Below are positions 22,355-36,440 of a stretch of DNA of 64,000 bases, piece by piece. Under the pieces are notes generated by a model that was given only the letters and a program-made list of their open reading frames with translations, had not been told where the DNA came from and searched no databases. Within the stretch, counting starts at the first letter, position 1. Each line of letters begins with the position of its first letter. The DNA is from Paraspadella gotoi (taxonomy: Eukaryota; Animalia; Chaetognatha), in the NCBI GenBank assembly GCA_051294375.1, contig CM119269.1:10395471-10459470 (forward strand), written 5' to 3'. The position numbers and the translations under genes were made by a program.

Positions 22355-24164
22355 TCGACCCCTAGGCGTCGCCGACGTCAACACATAAACAAAAATCCTT
22401 CTCTCTTGCGACGATTTATGTGATCGTGAAAGACGTGATCTTCGGGACAAGGCGCGAGGCGACGTCCGTCAGCCAGGCCTCTCGCAGTATCGCCAGTTGC
22501 TAGGAGGCCTTGTCTCTTTCAATTCTTGCCCTAAAACCTTAAATCGTTGGCCTGTTTTTCCAATACTGGTCAAAAACAAGGTCAAAAACAAATCGCAGAA
22601 AAGAAACGAGCTTAACAGGTTCGGCGACGACAATTTGGACCAGATCTGAGTTCTGTCTAACGGGGGGGTATTTATTTATTTATATTATTATTATTATTAT
22701 TGTTGACCCTATGGTTAGTGGTAGAATGCTCGCATTGTTCTTTTTGCTTTTATACTTGATAATGCTTACGAATTAATATCTGATAAGCTTAACTGAGAAG
22801 CAATATGGTTAATTACATTATTTATTGTATTGCTAACATCACATTACTAATATTACAAAAGATACATCATGGTTATTATATTATAGGAGGTGAGCTCAAA
22901 AAAGGGCATAGTGCCCCTGAAATTCTAAAAATTTCTTTGACAATAACAATCTTCTATCAAAAGATTTGAGAAATTATCTAAACTGCTACAATATGTAAAT
23001 GAACTTGAAGATCTCAATCTAATTTGAAATGAACTACAAACAAATTATTCTGCGACAGATGTCGTTACGAATACCGTTATCATCTTTTTGCGCTCTCTCT
23101 GCGTTTTAAGGCAAACATAGCTTGTCCAAATTATACGTATTTTTTCTTCATTAGCAAATAATTTTTATATTAAATTATTTTATTATCAATTTTAATATTT
23201 CAACTACTTTTCTTCAACCATATTCCTTTTTCATCCTCCTTCACTTATCCTTCCCGACCTCTTTCGCTTTCCTCTCTCAATTCTTTCTTTCTTCGTCGTT
23301 GACCCTTTTAACCACATTTTTTTTCCTTTCTCCGTTCTCCCTTCTTTTTTCTTCCTCCGTTCTACCTTTAACACTTTCCCCTCCCCTCTTTCCTTCTTTC
23401 ATCCTTTCTTTCCTCCCTTCCTCCCTCGAGCCAAGACTTCGTGTATCCATAATTCACGTTCTTGACCGAAACTGCGATGTGACCATCGCAGTCCGACTCG
23501 AGCGCGATACTTCATATTTTCTTTTTCTTTTTTTTTTCTTTCTCTTTTTTTTTTCGCCATCACTTTTTCTTTCTTCCTTCTCTCCATTTCTGGTCGGTGG
23601 ATTCTCAGCCGATGATGAATATTTATGTTATGGGTTCTATCTGAGATTGTATTTTTTAAAACCTAAATTATTCTAATACTATGCCTTTCTTGTTTTTATT
23701 TAGTAGGACGATGTACAAAGGAAAGCTTCTGTTCTCATAGCAGAATCAGTAAAATATGGATCAATTAATGATAGTTTGACAATGGTTTGATTTGGAACTA
23801 ACTAAAAGTTCCACCTCGGTGACAACGAAGCCAAAACCTTGATTTTTTTTTCCAAGTCGTAATGATTAACTGTTCCTCCGACAGTTGAAGTCACTGCCGT
23901 TACCAACAACAGCAAGTTGGTAACAAGCTCCCGGAACTGCTTGGTTTTCTTCCTTTCCCCTCGCCTGTTTATGATTCCTGCGCCGAAAAACTGTTTCTCG
24001 TCACACGTCGTAACAAAGGAAAATGGCGACGAAGAAAAAAAAAACGACAGAGACGGAGTCGCGAGAGAAAATAGAAAGAGACAGAGCGAAAGAGTGATTA
24101 CGAAAAAGAGAGGAAGAAAAAGGGGAGAGAAGAAAGAGAAAGAGAGAAGAGAGAAGTAGAGAGA

Positions 24165-24195
<31 letters not shown>

Positions 24196-24604
24196 TGAGA
24201 GAGAGAGAGAAGAGAGAGATTTATAGGTATCTTGAACCGAGAGAAAGAGCTCTACCGACTTTTTTTTTCAAGGCCAAGATTTGTTTTTTTTTTTTTGGCG
24301 TATTGTTGTTATGTTTTGCTTATTTCTACATATAGTTGCAGTTCACATTTAGTTAATCTGCAGACCGATCATCAAAGTTAAATAATACATACTGATATTT
24401 AAAAAAAAATTAAAGTGACAGTTTACTTAAATTTATTCGACATTAAAACACTAAAACTTGAAAATTATTAAATATTAACAAATAAATAAATAAGTTTTTT
24501 CCAAGACTTCTCAGCGGAAACAACGAAATGAAAGGATTATCATAATATACCGAGATTTCTAAATGAGACAACGATCGAGTGCACTTGATTCTTTTCTCAG
24601 TCGC

Positions 24605-25020
24605 GCATCGAAGGGCTTCGCACCCAACATCCGAATGGCAACGAACGGTCTCATATGAAATCGAATGGCAACGACTGGTCTCATATGGCATCGAATGGCA
24701 TGGAGAGGCTTTGAATAGCTCTGAATTGAAGAACAACAAATGACTTCGAAAGGCATCGAAAAGCAGAAAATGGTATCGAATGGCAGCAAATGATATGGGA
24801 TGGCATAGATTGGTAACAACGAACGTTGAAAGGTAACAAATTTATAGAATGACATCGAAAAAGGAAGGAGATAGCGTTGAATGGATTCCCAAGATATCGA
24901 ATGGCAGCGAACGACACCGGGAATGGCGTTGAAACCCTGGCAGACGGCATCTAAAAACATTTCGTCACAACTGCAAAGAAAACTCTTTTCCCTCGAATGG
25001 AATTTGTTGGAATGGCGTTC
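24605..25020. repeat. Degenerate tandem repeat built on ATCGAATGGCA
   Basis: Motif (atc)gaatggca recurs many times with variable spacers; explains the overlapping ORFs 24443-25128. Confidence 0.75.
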
Positions 25021-28000
25021 GACTAGGACCAACATTNNNNNNNNNNGCCCTTTTGGCCTACAGACCCAATGCTTTTTCTCCTTCGCTCCCAAATATATTT
25101 TTCTTACCTGATATTTAACAATTGACAATTAATATTTTCGTTCTAAGATACTTTTCTAAAAAGTACGAATTTCTTGGAGTTTCTAACCCGGATGTCACTT
25201 TTTTTGCTTCTAATTTTTGAACATTTTACCGAACAATATACAATTTATACATACTTACAAAGTACATGAACTCTCTCTCTCNNNNNNNNNNNNNNNNNNN
25301 NNNNNNNNNNNNNNNNNNNNNNNNNNNNNNNNNNNNNNNNNNNNNNNNNNNNNNNNNNNNNNNNNNNNNNNNNNNNNNNNNNNNNNNNNNNNNNNNNNNN
25401 NNNNNNNNNNNNNNNNNNNNNNNNNNNNNNNNNNNNNNNNNNNNNNNNNNNNNNNNNNNNNNNNNNNNNNNNNNNNNNNNNNNNNNNNNNNNNNNNNNNN
25501 NNNNNNNNNNNTTTTCTCTCTTTTTCTTTTTCTTGTTCGCGACGCAGAATTTCCCGCCTATTCCTTTCCTCCGCTTATTCCAGAATCATTCCGTGATATT
25601 TTCTATTCCTCCTCTCAGTTCCCGATCTTTCCATCCAAGATTCCATGTCGTAATTGAGGTCTAAGGTTCGAGCCTCGCGTGTGGAGGTCGAAAGTGTGAA
25701 AGACGGTAGAATAGAAAAGTGAAGACTTGAAAGATAAAAAAATAGACATTCAGAAAAAAGGGGGGAAAAATGAGTAAATGATTAAGGAATTAATAAAAAG
25801 CACGAATTTTTACACTGATATTTCTGGATAAAGATGGCGGGATGAAATATTTTGGTTAGTAACGCAATATCAAAATAAACAATATGAACGATAAAAATTA
25901 GGGAGAAAAATCCCAGAGTCAACGAACCAAAGAGTCAACCGCCAGAGTCGCTGATAACATCAGCTCCCCTTTTTTACTTTTGCTTACCTTTCACACAATT
26001 TTTTTCCTCGCTGCGACGATGAAGACGACAACGACGCAAACGAACGACGACCGCAGTCGACGCGGCAGAGCGGCGGCTCGAATCATGGCCATCGCTGCGG
26101 CCGCTGCGGCTGCGTCCGCGGCAGCTAAAGCAGCAGCGTCTCGCCAATTCCGAGCAGCTGATCCTCCTCCTCATCATGATTTTCCTCCTTTTCCTGCTCC
26201 TCTTCATCCTCCTCCTCATTTTCTCCCCCTCCTCCGCCCCCCTTCCAACGTCGAGACCGAGGCGCGCGACTTTGGATGGTTCACAAGCCCCGCCCCCTTT
26301 TGTGATTTNNNNNNNNNNNNNNNNNNNNNNNNNNNNNNNNNNNNNNNNNNNNNNNNNNNNNNNNNNNNNNNNNNNNNNNNNNNNNNNNNNNNNNNNNNNN
26401 NNNNNNNNNNNNNNNNNNNNNNNNNNNNNNNNNNNNNNNNNNNNNNNNNNNNNNNNNNNNNNNNNNNNNNNNNNNNNNNNNNNNNNNNNNNNNNNNNNNN
26501 NNNNNNNNNNNNNNNNNNNNNNNNNNNNNNNNNNNNNNNNNNNNNNNNNNNNNNNNNNNNNNNNNNNNNNNNNNNNNNNNNNNNNNNNNNNNNNNNNNNN
26601 NNNNNNNNNNNNNNNNNNNNNNNNNNNNNNNNNNNNNNNNNNNNNNNNNNNNNNNNNNNNNNNNNNNNNNNNNNNNTCTCTCTCTCTCTCTCTCTCACAC
26701 ATCAATTAACCAGAAAATTGCCAGTCGCGACAAAAATAAGTATGTGAAAAATTTTTTTAGCCTCTAAACTAAAGGGAATTTCTTGAAACATGTTTTTTTT
26801 TCATTGAGAAACAACGTGAGTCAACTGCCGATGACTTTTAAAAGCAAATTAAGTAAAGTTGACTTAACCCGCATGAAGAATCAACGAATAAACGAATAAA
26901 CCAAACCAACAAGTCTCAATGGTTTATTAGGTCAGAATATTTTTTTGAACATTTTTTAAACAGAAGTAATATTGGAAAGTCGAACTGTCACGATAATCCG
27001 AAAATCAAACTGTCATATAGTCAATAAAAAATAGTAAAACTGTTTAACCGCTCCAGTATACCTAGTAAAGTTGTCCCTATGACGTAGCCTCGAGTAATAT
27101 TAGTCTCCTTTAGATAAAAGCCACCGTCTAAAGTTTCTATTGTATCGAAACTCAGTTGCGTGAGAGAAGGTAATGTCAGCCTCCGTCCTTATCGTATCGA
27201 AAGTAAGGCGATACACCATAACCCTACGAGAAACATGCAACCACTCTCTCTCTNNNNNNNNNNNNNNNNNNNNNNNNNNNNNNNNNNNNNNNNNNNNNNN
27301 NNNNNNNNNNNNNNNNNNNNNNNNNNNNNNNNNNNNNNNNNNNNNNNNNNNNNNNNNNNNNNNNNNNNNNNNNNNNNNNNNNNNNNNNNNNNNNNNNNNN
27401 NNNNNNNNNNNNNNNNNNNNNNNNNNNNNNNNNNNNNNNNNNNNNNNNNNNNNNNNNNNNNNNNNNNNNNNNNNNNNNNNNNNNNNNNNNNNNNNNNNNN
27501 NNNNNNNNNNNNNNNNNNNNNNNNNNNNNNNNNNNNNNNNNNNNNNNNNNNNNNNNNNNNTCGCTCTCTATCTCGCCCAGCGCTCTCTCTCTTTCGCCAT
27601 TGTGGTCCGAAGCCTCCTTTTGTCTGATAAGACTTATGTGTTGGGGTGAATTGAAAACTTCAACTTTGGCGTAATAAAACAAGCGGAGGAACCTCTTCTC
27701 CCCTCCTGGCCGGGGGGGGGGGAAGCACGGTGCGGGGCTGTCGAGTTGTGTGGAAGATGTTTTGAGTGTTGGTTTGACAAAGGGCGGTTTTGTAGATGGA
27801 AAAAGGGTGAGTGCTGTCAATTTGCGCTGTCTGCGTTCGTTGCGCATCCTTTTTGCAAGAATTGAATCCATTTTTTATTGGTTACATGTTAGTCAAAAGA
27901 AAGAAGTCATAACGAATAAAATCGCATATATAACGTAAGGAAGTTCGGAAACAATTTTGAATAATATGTGCGACATTGATTGATTGATCGATCGTCGGTG

Positions 28001-28083
28001 AATAACTAAGGATTTAATGGAAAATATTATCCGTGTAATGGCCTCAATAAGGATTGTGTGTTCTTGACAAAAATATAAAATAT

Positions 28084-28690
28084 TGTCATCATCCTACACC
28101 AATTCAAACTTGTCCTCGTCCTACTCCATTTCTCGCCTTATTATTGTCCTACGCCATTTCCCACTTGTCCTCATCCTCATCCTACGCTATTTCCCACCTT
28201 ATTCTTAGCCTACGCCATTTTCCGCCTTGTCCTCATCCTACGCCATTTCCCATTTGTCTTCATCCTACGCCATTTCTCTCCTATTTATCGTCCTACGCCA
28301 TTTCCCACTTGTCCTCATCCTACNNNNNNNNNNNNNNNNNNNNNNNNNNNNNNNNNNNNNNNNNNNNNNNNNNNNNNNNNNNNNNNNNNNNNNNNNNNNN
28401 NNNNNNNNNNNNNNNNNNNNNNNNNNNNNNNNNNNNNNNNNNNNNNNNNNNNNNNNNNNNNNNNNNNNNNNNNNNNNNNNNNNNNNNNNNNNNNNNNNNN
28501 NNNNNNNNNNNNNNNNNNNNNNNNNNNNNNNNNNNNNNNNNNNNNNNNNNNNNNNNNNNNNNNNNNNNNNNNNNNNNNNNNNNNNNNNNNNNNNNNNNNN
28601 NNNNNNNNNNNNNNNNNNNNNNNNNNNNNNNNNNNNNNNNNNNNNNNNNNNNNNNNNCCTATTCTCATCCTACGCCATTTCCCGCCCTGT
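28084..28690. repeat. Minisatellite, about 28-30-bp unit (ttgtcctcatcctacgccatttccc..), spanning an N gap
   Basis: cctacgccattt recurs on both sides of the gap 28324-28657. Confidence 0.9.
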
Positions 28691-30283
28691 CCTTGCCACG
28701 ATGTCAACGTTCGCGTTTACAAAACTCATTACTCGCCTCCCTTACGCAAAAATTTCATTTTCTATCTTTTCCTTTCCTCCCCTCGTCTCAACCACAGACT
28801 GCTCCCCTGCTCATCTCTTTTTCCTTCCTTCAACACAGGTTTCTTTTCCTAATCCGCTTTCTTTTTTCTAACCCTAACGTTGATTTCCCTATCTCGCTCT
28901 TTGCATTAGCTTTTTTTTTTCTCATCTGCTCTCTTTTTTTTTTACACTTAGGTTGATTTTTTTTTTTGGGGGGGGGGCTTTTTGCTTTTTTTCCCTTTTT
29001 TCTCACAATACTGTTGTTTTTTCCTTTCTTTCTCTTCGCTTTAGAATTTTTTTCCTACTTAATCTGCTTTCTTTTTTCTCGCTCTGACGTTGACTTTCCT
29101 TTAACGGGCTTTGTTTTTGCTTTTTTTTCTATTCTGTCGACTTTTTTCTCACTCCAATATTGATTTTCATTTTTGTCTCTTTACATTTTTCTTTTTTTAA
29201 ACCTACTTTCGTTTTCCTCACCCTCAGCATCATGTAAATTTTCGTTCCCGCTTTTTTTATAATCTGCTTTTTTTTGCCTTGCCCTCATGCTTGCTGTTTT
29301 ATTGCTTGATTTTTTCATATGTTTTTCTAGTTTTTACATAAAGATCACCATCTTATTCTAATTATTTTTTTTTCTGCTGTAACTTACTTTCTCTCCTGTG
29401 CCACTTACACTTTTTTGGTAACACTTTGACTTGGAAAATTACATACTTCGTCTCAAGAATTATACCATAGTTTATTTTATTTACATTCTATAGCCTACCT
29501 CCTGATCTTGTTTTTTTCTTGGTTTTTTTGTGTTTGTTATCTTAATCTGTTTCTTTCTCAAAGTCAACTTCATCTTGATTTTTTTTGGATAATTTTTATT
29601 TTGCATTTTTTAATAAGTCTACTATATATATCCCTCTCTTTTTAGCTAAATCCCGCAAATATACTTCCTTCCATTACCTCGAATTCCATCACTTTTTCTT
29701 TTTAAATTTATCCCGTTTTCCTATCTTCCCTCCCTACTTTTTCCTATCTTCTTTTATCCTCTCATATTTCTTTTCATATCCCTTCTCCTCCGTCCCCTCG
29801 ATCCGCCCCATTTTTATCTCCCTCTCTTTCCTCTCGGTTGACATTACGATAGCTTCTGCAGAAAACCACTTTTAAGGTAACCGGCGGAATCCAAGGGTTA
29901 GTGCTGATACGAAAGCTGCTTTCTCCTCCTCCTCTTCATCCTTTCCTCCGCTTCCTCCTCATCTTCCTCCTCCTCCTTTTTTTCCACCTCCTCTTCCTCC
30001 ACGGAACTCCTCTCTCTCGCCTCCACGTACTTTCCTTCCCATGGACGGCGAGCGTTGGAATTCCTCCATTCGTCTTAACCTTCGTTGGAAGACTCTCTCT
30101 CTCTCCTCTCTCACAATCTCTTTTTTTTTCTTTTTCACTGTCTTCACCATCGATTCTTCTCGTCTCCCTCTTTTTTTCTCCATTGGACCGCGTTTTCTGA
30201 CTTCAACTGAAGAGACAGTCCTAGTTTTCTCCTCTCTCTACTCTCCTCATCTCTGCTCTCTCTCTCGCTCTGCTCTCTCTCCT

Positions 30284-30314
<31 letters not shown>

Positions 30315-33300
30315 ACTCTTTTTATGAGTTTCTTTCGCAATCAGTTTCTCTCAACTGTCGGGCTTTTCTCTTGTACCACAGACATTTTTTTGAAAAACGC
30401 GCCTTGTTTTCGACTCCTTTTTTTCGTTTTTCAATCTTCGTTGTCAACAACAACAACAACAAAATACTGAACAATGAAGGAAAAACAAAATCATCTCAAA
30501 TTGTATAACAACAAACGACTCATTTTTCGAACGACCCCGAAAAACTTTTTAAAAAACAAAGCATATGTAATTTAATTATGATATTTTGATATTCTTTTAA
30601 AGTTTTTTAATTGTTCGCAATTTTGCGTCAGTTTTTGTAAACGAACCAAAAAAAAAAAGTAAAAATTTAATGAAAAAAAAATTGTTTAAAACGATGATCT
30701 TAAAGAGCGAAGTGATTTTTTTCCCCAAACGTTTCAAAATTAAACATTAGTGATTTTTTTGTTTAACAAGGAAAACGTTCTACCTTTTTAAAATCTTTTT
30801 TCTCTATAAACGGTCATGTATTTGTTTGCCAGTTGTTTCGATGTTCGTTTCTTTCTTTCTTTCTTGCATCCTTTTTATTTTTCTTTATACTCTCCCTTTT
30901 TTCCTTCCGTCTTCCTTCATTGCCTCCATTTTTTCCCACAATTCCCCCCCCCTTACTTTCAATCGTCCTCGCCAACCTTTCGACCATGTGCAAGACGCAT
31001 TCGTCTTCTCAAATGGCAAGATTTCGCTGATGGCGACGTTCCCCCGCTATCCACTCTTCGACTGCAATCTCACCAATGCCTCACCCCTACAACCCACCCT
31101 CCTTTATCACCCACACGTCCCAACCTCACAACCTTCACGCCTGACCTATCACCTGCCTTCACCGACGCCCCTACCCAAAAATCACCCAGATATCATGCCC
31201 GATTTTTTTTTTCGCAGAGCGGCTTAACTCGAGCGTTCTTGATATAAATCGAAAATATGCCGGGTCGATGAGACACAGATAACCCTTCAATTCGGGGCCA
31301 CGGTTCCACGAATCCAAGTTGTTTGTTTGTAATTTATTTTTATATTTTCAGTTTTCAGTCTTTCAAAACGACTTCACTGACTTTCCCGGTCACTCACCAT
31401 TCTCGAACCGGTCTACCTCAATTACAATATTTTGATTTCTCTCTCTCTCTCTCTCTCTCTCCCGAACCCCTCATGTTTTCGCGTCTCTTTTCCCCCCATC
31501 TTTAGCGGCATTCACGCCTCCCACTCCACAACTAACCCCCCCATCAAATCTCCTCAACGCGCGATCAGGATTCGCCCGACCAGTGCGGACCGTTTTCTTT
31601 CCATCAAACCACATTGACCGGCGGGGTTTGGGGGCCGGTTTTGCCGGTGTGCCGGGGTGCAGGGATTCAGGGGGTGCTGAAGGTGATGGGACAGTTGAAG
31701 AAGATGCAGCGGGAAGTTTGAGATTGTAGCGGGAACCGAGTGACCGAGGAGCGAAGTTTGGTTTTTGTTTTTCTATGTGATTCTCGTCGCCTACAGGCTC
31801 TCTCACCAGGCGTTTGGCCTGCTTCAACGATCCTAAGTCACCCACTCACACACTCAGCCGTTTCAGGCAATTTCTTCATCGATTACGGACGCCAGCCATC
31901 GGTGCACGGCGAAACGCCAACGCAATCTCTCTCTTTATCAAGATCACAATCAAGGGCCGAATCATTGCGCCATTAATTTCCCTCCCGGTTTTTCCTTCCA
32001 TTCGCCTCGAGCGAAGACTCGTGATCTCGTTTGGCGGGAACGGCCATTAATAATCGTTTTCTTGGTAACGGCAAGCGCCACAGCGTCTTTAACTAATTTC
32101 AGTTGACGTAAGAAATTTTCGTTCTATTGTTGCTATTGTTGTTGTCAGAAATAAAAAGAAAGATATCTAAGGTTAAGTTCCCGGAACTAAATCTAATATT
32201 TAAAACTTTTTAAATGGTTTGCAATATTTATATGTCGATCGACTGTTTTTCAATTAAAAATTCCGAAAGAAAAAAAAAAAAAAAGAAAAAATTGTTTTTC
32301 GATTCAAATTTCCGCTTCAGTTATTTTCTATATATAAAAGGATCTTTTTTTCCTCCCACTTCAAAAATATGAAAATGAGAAAGGAGAAGAATTTTACGTA
32401 AGCGTCTCATTTCAAATCATTCGTCTTTTCTCTCTTTCTCTGATTTACTATCAATATAATTTAATAGAAAAAACACGCAACCGATGTTCACATTGTTTCC
32501 TCATTGTAAGCTATGAAATCTTGTCTTTTCTATGCATTGCCACTTTTTCATGTTCATGTAGTCATGAAGGTGTCATGCTTACAGGCGGGACGAACTAATG
32601 CAATGCGTGTTTATACAGAGCCAAGCTCTTCCAACTTTGCTTACTTAGCTTTAACCCCCTCTGAGCCAAGCTCGCTTTCTGAGACTCCCGTTAGCGTCGT
32701 GAAATGACCCCCGACGTCGTAAACAGTTTTCCAAAACGCCGTCTCGCTCTATCGGGTAGTGAAAGGGGGGGCGGGAACTTCCCCCACCGTTCCAAAACGC
32801 CATGTGGGTTTCTTGGCAATCGACAACCAAAAATCTACATAGTATGGACCAGTATGTAATATGTATATCTATATTAACGTAAGTACAGTTTAGACTAACA
32901 TCGCGTTTAATCAATTTAAAAATATCAATCTGCTGCTCTCAATACCCCATTACCCAACTCAGACATTATGAATTGCTCACAACAAAATATTTTTTCACAC
33001 GTTTCGTTTAGCCAACATTTTGTATTTTTCTCCGCATTCTCGATGATTTAAGTTTTAAGTCCAGAATAATTTGTCGAGACTTGATGTCGAGTCTCTTGCC
33101 GGATTCTTTGCCTCGTTTCCGGCCGGATTCGTGGCCGCGGCAAAAACGAGAGAGAGAGANNNNNNNNNNNNNNNNNNNNNNNNNNNNNNNNNNNNNNNNN
33201 NNNNNNNNNNNNNNNNNNNNNNNNNNNNNNNNNNNNNNNNNNNNNNNNNNNNNNNNNNNNNNNNNNNNNNNNNNNNNNNNNNNNNNNNNNNNNNNNNNNN

Positions 33301-34669
33301 NNNNNNNNNNNNNNNNNNNNNNNNNNNNNNNNNNNNNNNNNNNNNNNNNNNNNNNNNNNNNNNNAAAAGGAAAAAAAAAAAGAAAGGGACACAAAGTTGG
33401 AGAACAAAAAGCAAAGAAAAGCGAGGGAGAAAATCTAACAAAAAAAGAGTGAGAAAAAAAAAGGGGAAAAAGAAAAGAAAAAAAAATCGAGTGAGAGGCG
33501 CAGCTTTGACGTCGACAGTGGTTCGGGGAGGTGGGAGTTGAGCTGTAGGGGGACAGGGTAAGAGACAGATGGTTTCAGGTTGATTTAATGAGATGAAAGT
33601 CTGGACAGTTCTTGGCCGCTCGTCTGGTCGTCTAATCATGCAAGGANNNNNNNNNNNNNNNNNNNNNNNNNNNNNNNNNNNNNNNNNNNNNNNNNNNNNN
33701 NNNNNNNNNNNNNNNNNNNNNNNNNNNNNNNNNNNNNNNNNNNNNNNNNNNNNNNNNNNNNNNNNNNNNNNNNNNNNNNNNNNNNNNNNNNNNNNNNNNN
33801 NNNNNNNNNNNNNNNNNNNNNNNNNNNNNNNNNNNNNNNNNNNNNNNNNNNNNNNNNNNNNNNNNNNNNNNNNNNNNNNNNNNNNNNNNNNNNNNNNNNN
33901 NNNNNNNNNNNNNNNNNNNNNNNNNNNNNNNNNNNNNNNNNNNNNNNNNNNNNNNNNNNNNNNNNNNNNNNNNNNNNNNNNNNNNNNNNNNNNNNNNNNN
34001 NNNNNNNNNNNNNNNNNNNNNNNNNNNNNNNNNNNNNNNNNNNNNNNNNNNNNNNNNNNNNNNNNNNNNNNNNNNNNNNNNNNNNNNNNNNNNNNNNNNN
34101 NNNNNNNNNNNNNNNNNNNNNNNNNNNNNNNNNNNNNNNNNNNNNNNNNNNNNNNNNNNNNNNNNNNNNNNNNNNNNNNNNNNNNNNNNNNNNNNNNNNN
34201 NNNNNNNNNNNNNNNNNNNNNNNNNNNNNNNNNNNNNNNNNNNNNNNNNNNNNNNNNNNNNNNNNNNNNNNNNNNNNNNNNNNNNNNNNNNNNNNNNNNN
34301 NNNNNNNNNNNNNNNNNNNNNNNNNNNNNNNNNNNNNNNNNNNNNNNNNNNNNNNNNNNNNNNNNNNNNNNNNNNNNNNNNNNNNNNNNNNNNNNNNNNN
34401 NNNNNNNNNNNNNNNNNNNNNNNNNNNNNNNNNNNNNNNNNNNNNNNNNNNNNNNNNNNNNNNNNNNNNNNNNNNNNNNNNNNNNNNNNNNNNNNNNNNN
34501 NNNNNNNNNNNNNNNNNNNNNNNNNNNNNNNNNNNNNNNNNNNNNNNNNNNNNNNNNNNNNNNNNNNNNNNNNNNNNNNNNNNNNNNNNNNNNNNNNGCA
34601 GTGTCTGGTCCGTGACTCGTGGCGTCTAGGACCCGGATTGTTCTTCGGGATTCTCGTCTCCACCCCCCT

Positions 34670-34720
<51 letters not shown>

Positions 34721-35252
34721 TCCTCGACAAGTGGCGAAGAGGGGAAAGAGCTGGCATAGGCCTGACAAAGCCGGACCCTGAAAGAGTCGGGTGTTCTGTC
34801 GGCGATTGAGAAGGAAAACCTTTTGGTTCCATTTCCCCACATTTCTGTTATTAATCAATGAACTAGATTTTAATTTTAATTTTATCACTAAACTAATCCC
34901 TGAAGTTAAACTTGATTCCTAATCCAAATTCTTAACCTTAACCTAAATCACTAACCCGAATAGTTAACATTATCCCCAATCGCTCAACCCTCACCCCTGA
35001 CCAAATCCCTAACCACTGACCTAACCCTAATCCTTGCTACCTAACCAATTCTTTATCATTAAAAAAACTTCATTCGAAATTTAAGTTAAAATGGACACTT
35101 TTGGAAAATATGACCAATATTTTGTCGTCGTGGCAAAAGGGAGAGAAATGAGGAAATAAACTTGAATGGAATCGCGTCGTTGCTTCGGTTCCAGTCGATA
35201 TTCGGTTGAGATTCGAGGGTGAGTTCCGCGGCGATGGAATTGAGGTTGGTAG

Positions 35253-35344
35253 GATATGATATGATATGATATGATATGATATGATATGATATGATATGAT
35301 ATGATATGATATGATATGATGTGATGTGATTTAATATGATATGA
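35253..35344. repeat. (GATAT)n pentanucleotide microsatellite
   Basis: Direct observation. Confidence 0.95.
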
Positions 35345-36405
35345 GGACTCCGACGAGATCCAGGAATCGAAAACAAGAAATTGAGAGAAAGCAAAATGGG
35401 ATTGAATAAAGTGAGATTGATGGTTAAAAACTCAAATTTTTGTGTCATCATTCATATGCAATTTTAGCTCAAAAAAGAAAAAAAAAAATTTCTCCTTAAA
35501 AAAAACAAAAAGCATGTCTTTGGAATTTTAACTTTAAAATTTAATGAATTAAAAACTTAAAATTAATATCTTAAAAACTTAAACTAAAAAAATAAATGAA
35601 AAACTTAAAAAATTACCCTGATTTTTATTATTATAAAGATGACGGAAGAGACAAGAAAGANNNNNNNNNNNNNNNNNNNNNNNNNNNNNNNNNNNNNNNN
35701 NNNNNNNNNNNNNNNNNNNNNNNNNNNNNNNNNNNNNNNNNNNNNNNNNNNNNNNNNNNNNNNNNNNNNNNNNNNNNNNNNNNNNNNNNNNNNNNNNNNN
35801 NNNNNNNNNNNNNNNNNNNNNNNNNNNNNNNNNNNNNNNNNNNNNNNNNNNNNNNNNNNNNNNNNNNNNNNNNNNNNNNNNNNNNNNNNNTGCTTCTACT
35901 TTCCATTCTTTTAGAGCCACCTGCGACAGGCATTGCCACCGAGCAGACGAAAATTTAAATTCTCTCTCTCTCTCNNNNNNNNNNNNNNNNNNNNNNNNNN
36001 NNNNNNNNNNNNNNNNNNNNNNNNNNNNNNNNNNNNNNNNNNNNNNNNNNNNNNNNNNNNNNNNNNNNNNNNNNNNNNNNNNNNNNNNNNNNNNNNNNNN
36101 NNNNNNNNNNNNNNNNNNNNNNNNNNNNNNNNNNNNNNNNNNNNNNNNNNNNNNNNNNNNNNNNNNNNNNNNNNNNNNNNNNNNNNNNNNNNNNNNNNNN
36201 NNNNNNNNNNNNNNNNNNNNNNNNNNNNNNNNNNNNNNNNNNNNNNNNNNNNNNNNNNNNNNNNNNNNNNNNNNNNNNNNNNNNNNNNNNNNNNNNNNNN
36301 NNNNNNNNNNNNNNNNNNNNCTTTTTTTTTCTTATCGCCTAAAAATTTCCATTTCTACAGAATGCGAAACCGGAAAAGTAGCGCAGTTTGAGACAATTAT
36401 GGAAC

Positions 36406-36440
<35 letters not shown>

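Noticed and set aside
22712-22733. tggttagtggtagaatgctcgc resembles the 5' half of tRNA-Gly (A box)
   Set aside because: No anticodon arm, T-arm/B box or acceptor stem; at most a decayed tRNA/SINE fragment.
31471-31845. 124-aa GC-rich minus-strand ORF
   Set aside because: Non-ATG start directly after a stop, low complexity, no recognisable domain or clear exon boundaries.
34925-35050. taaccct-like motifs (and ggttaagg-like motifs at 19800-19920) as interstitial telomere
   Set aside because: Too degenerate and irregular; no true tandem TTAGG/TTAGGG array.
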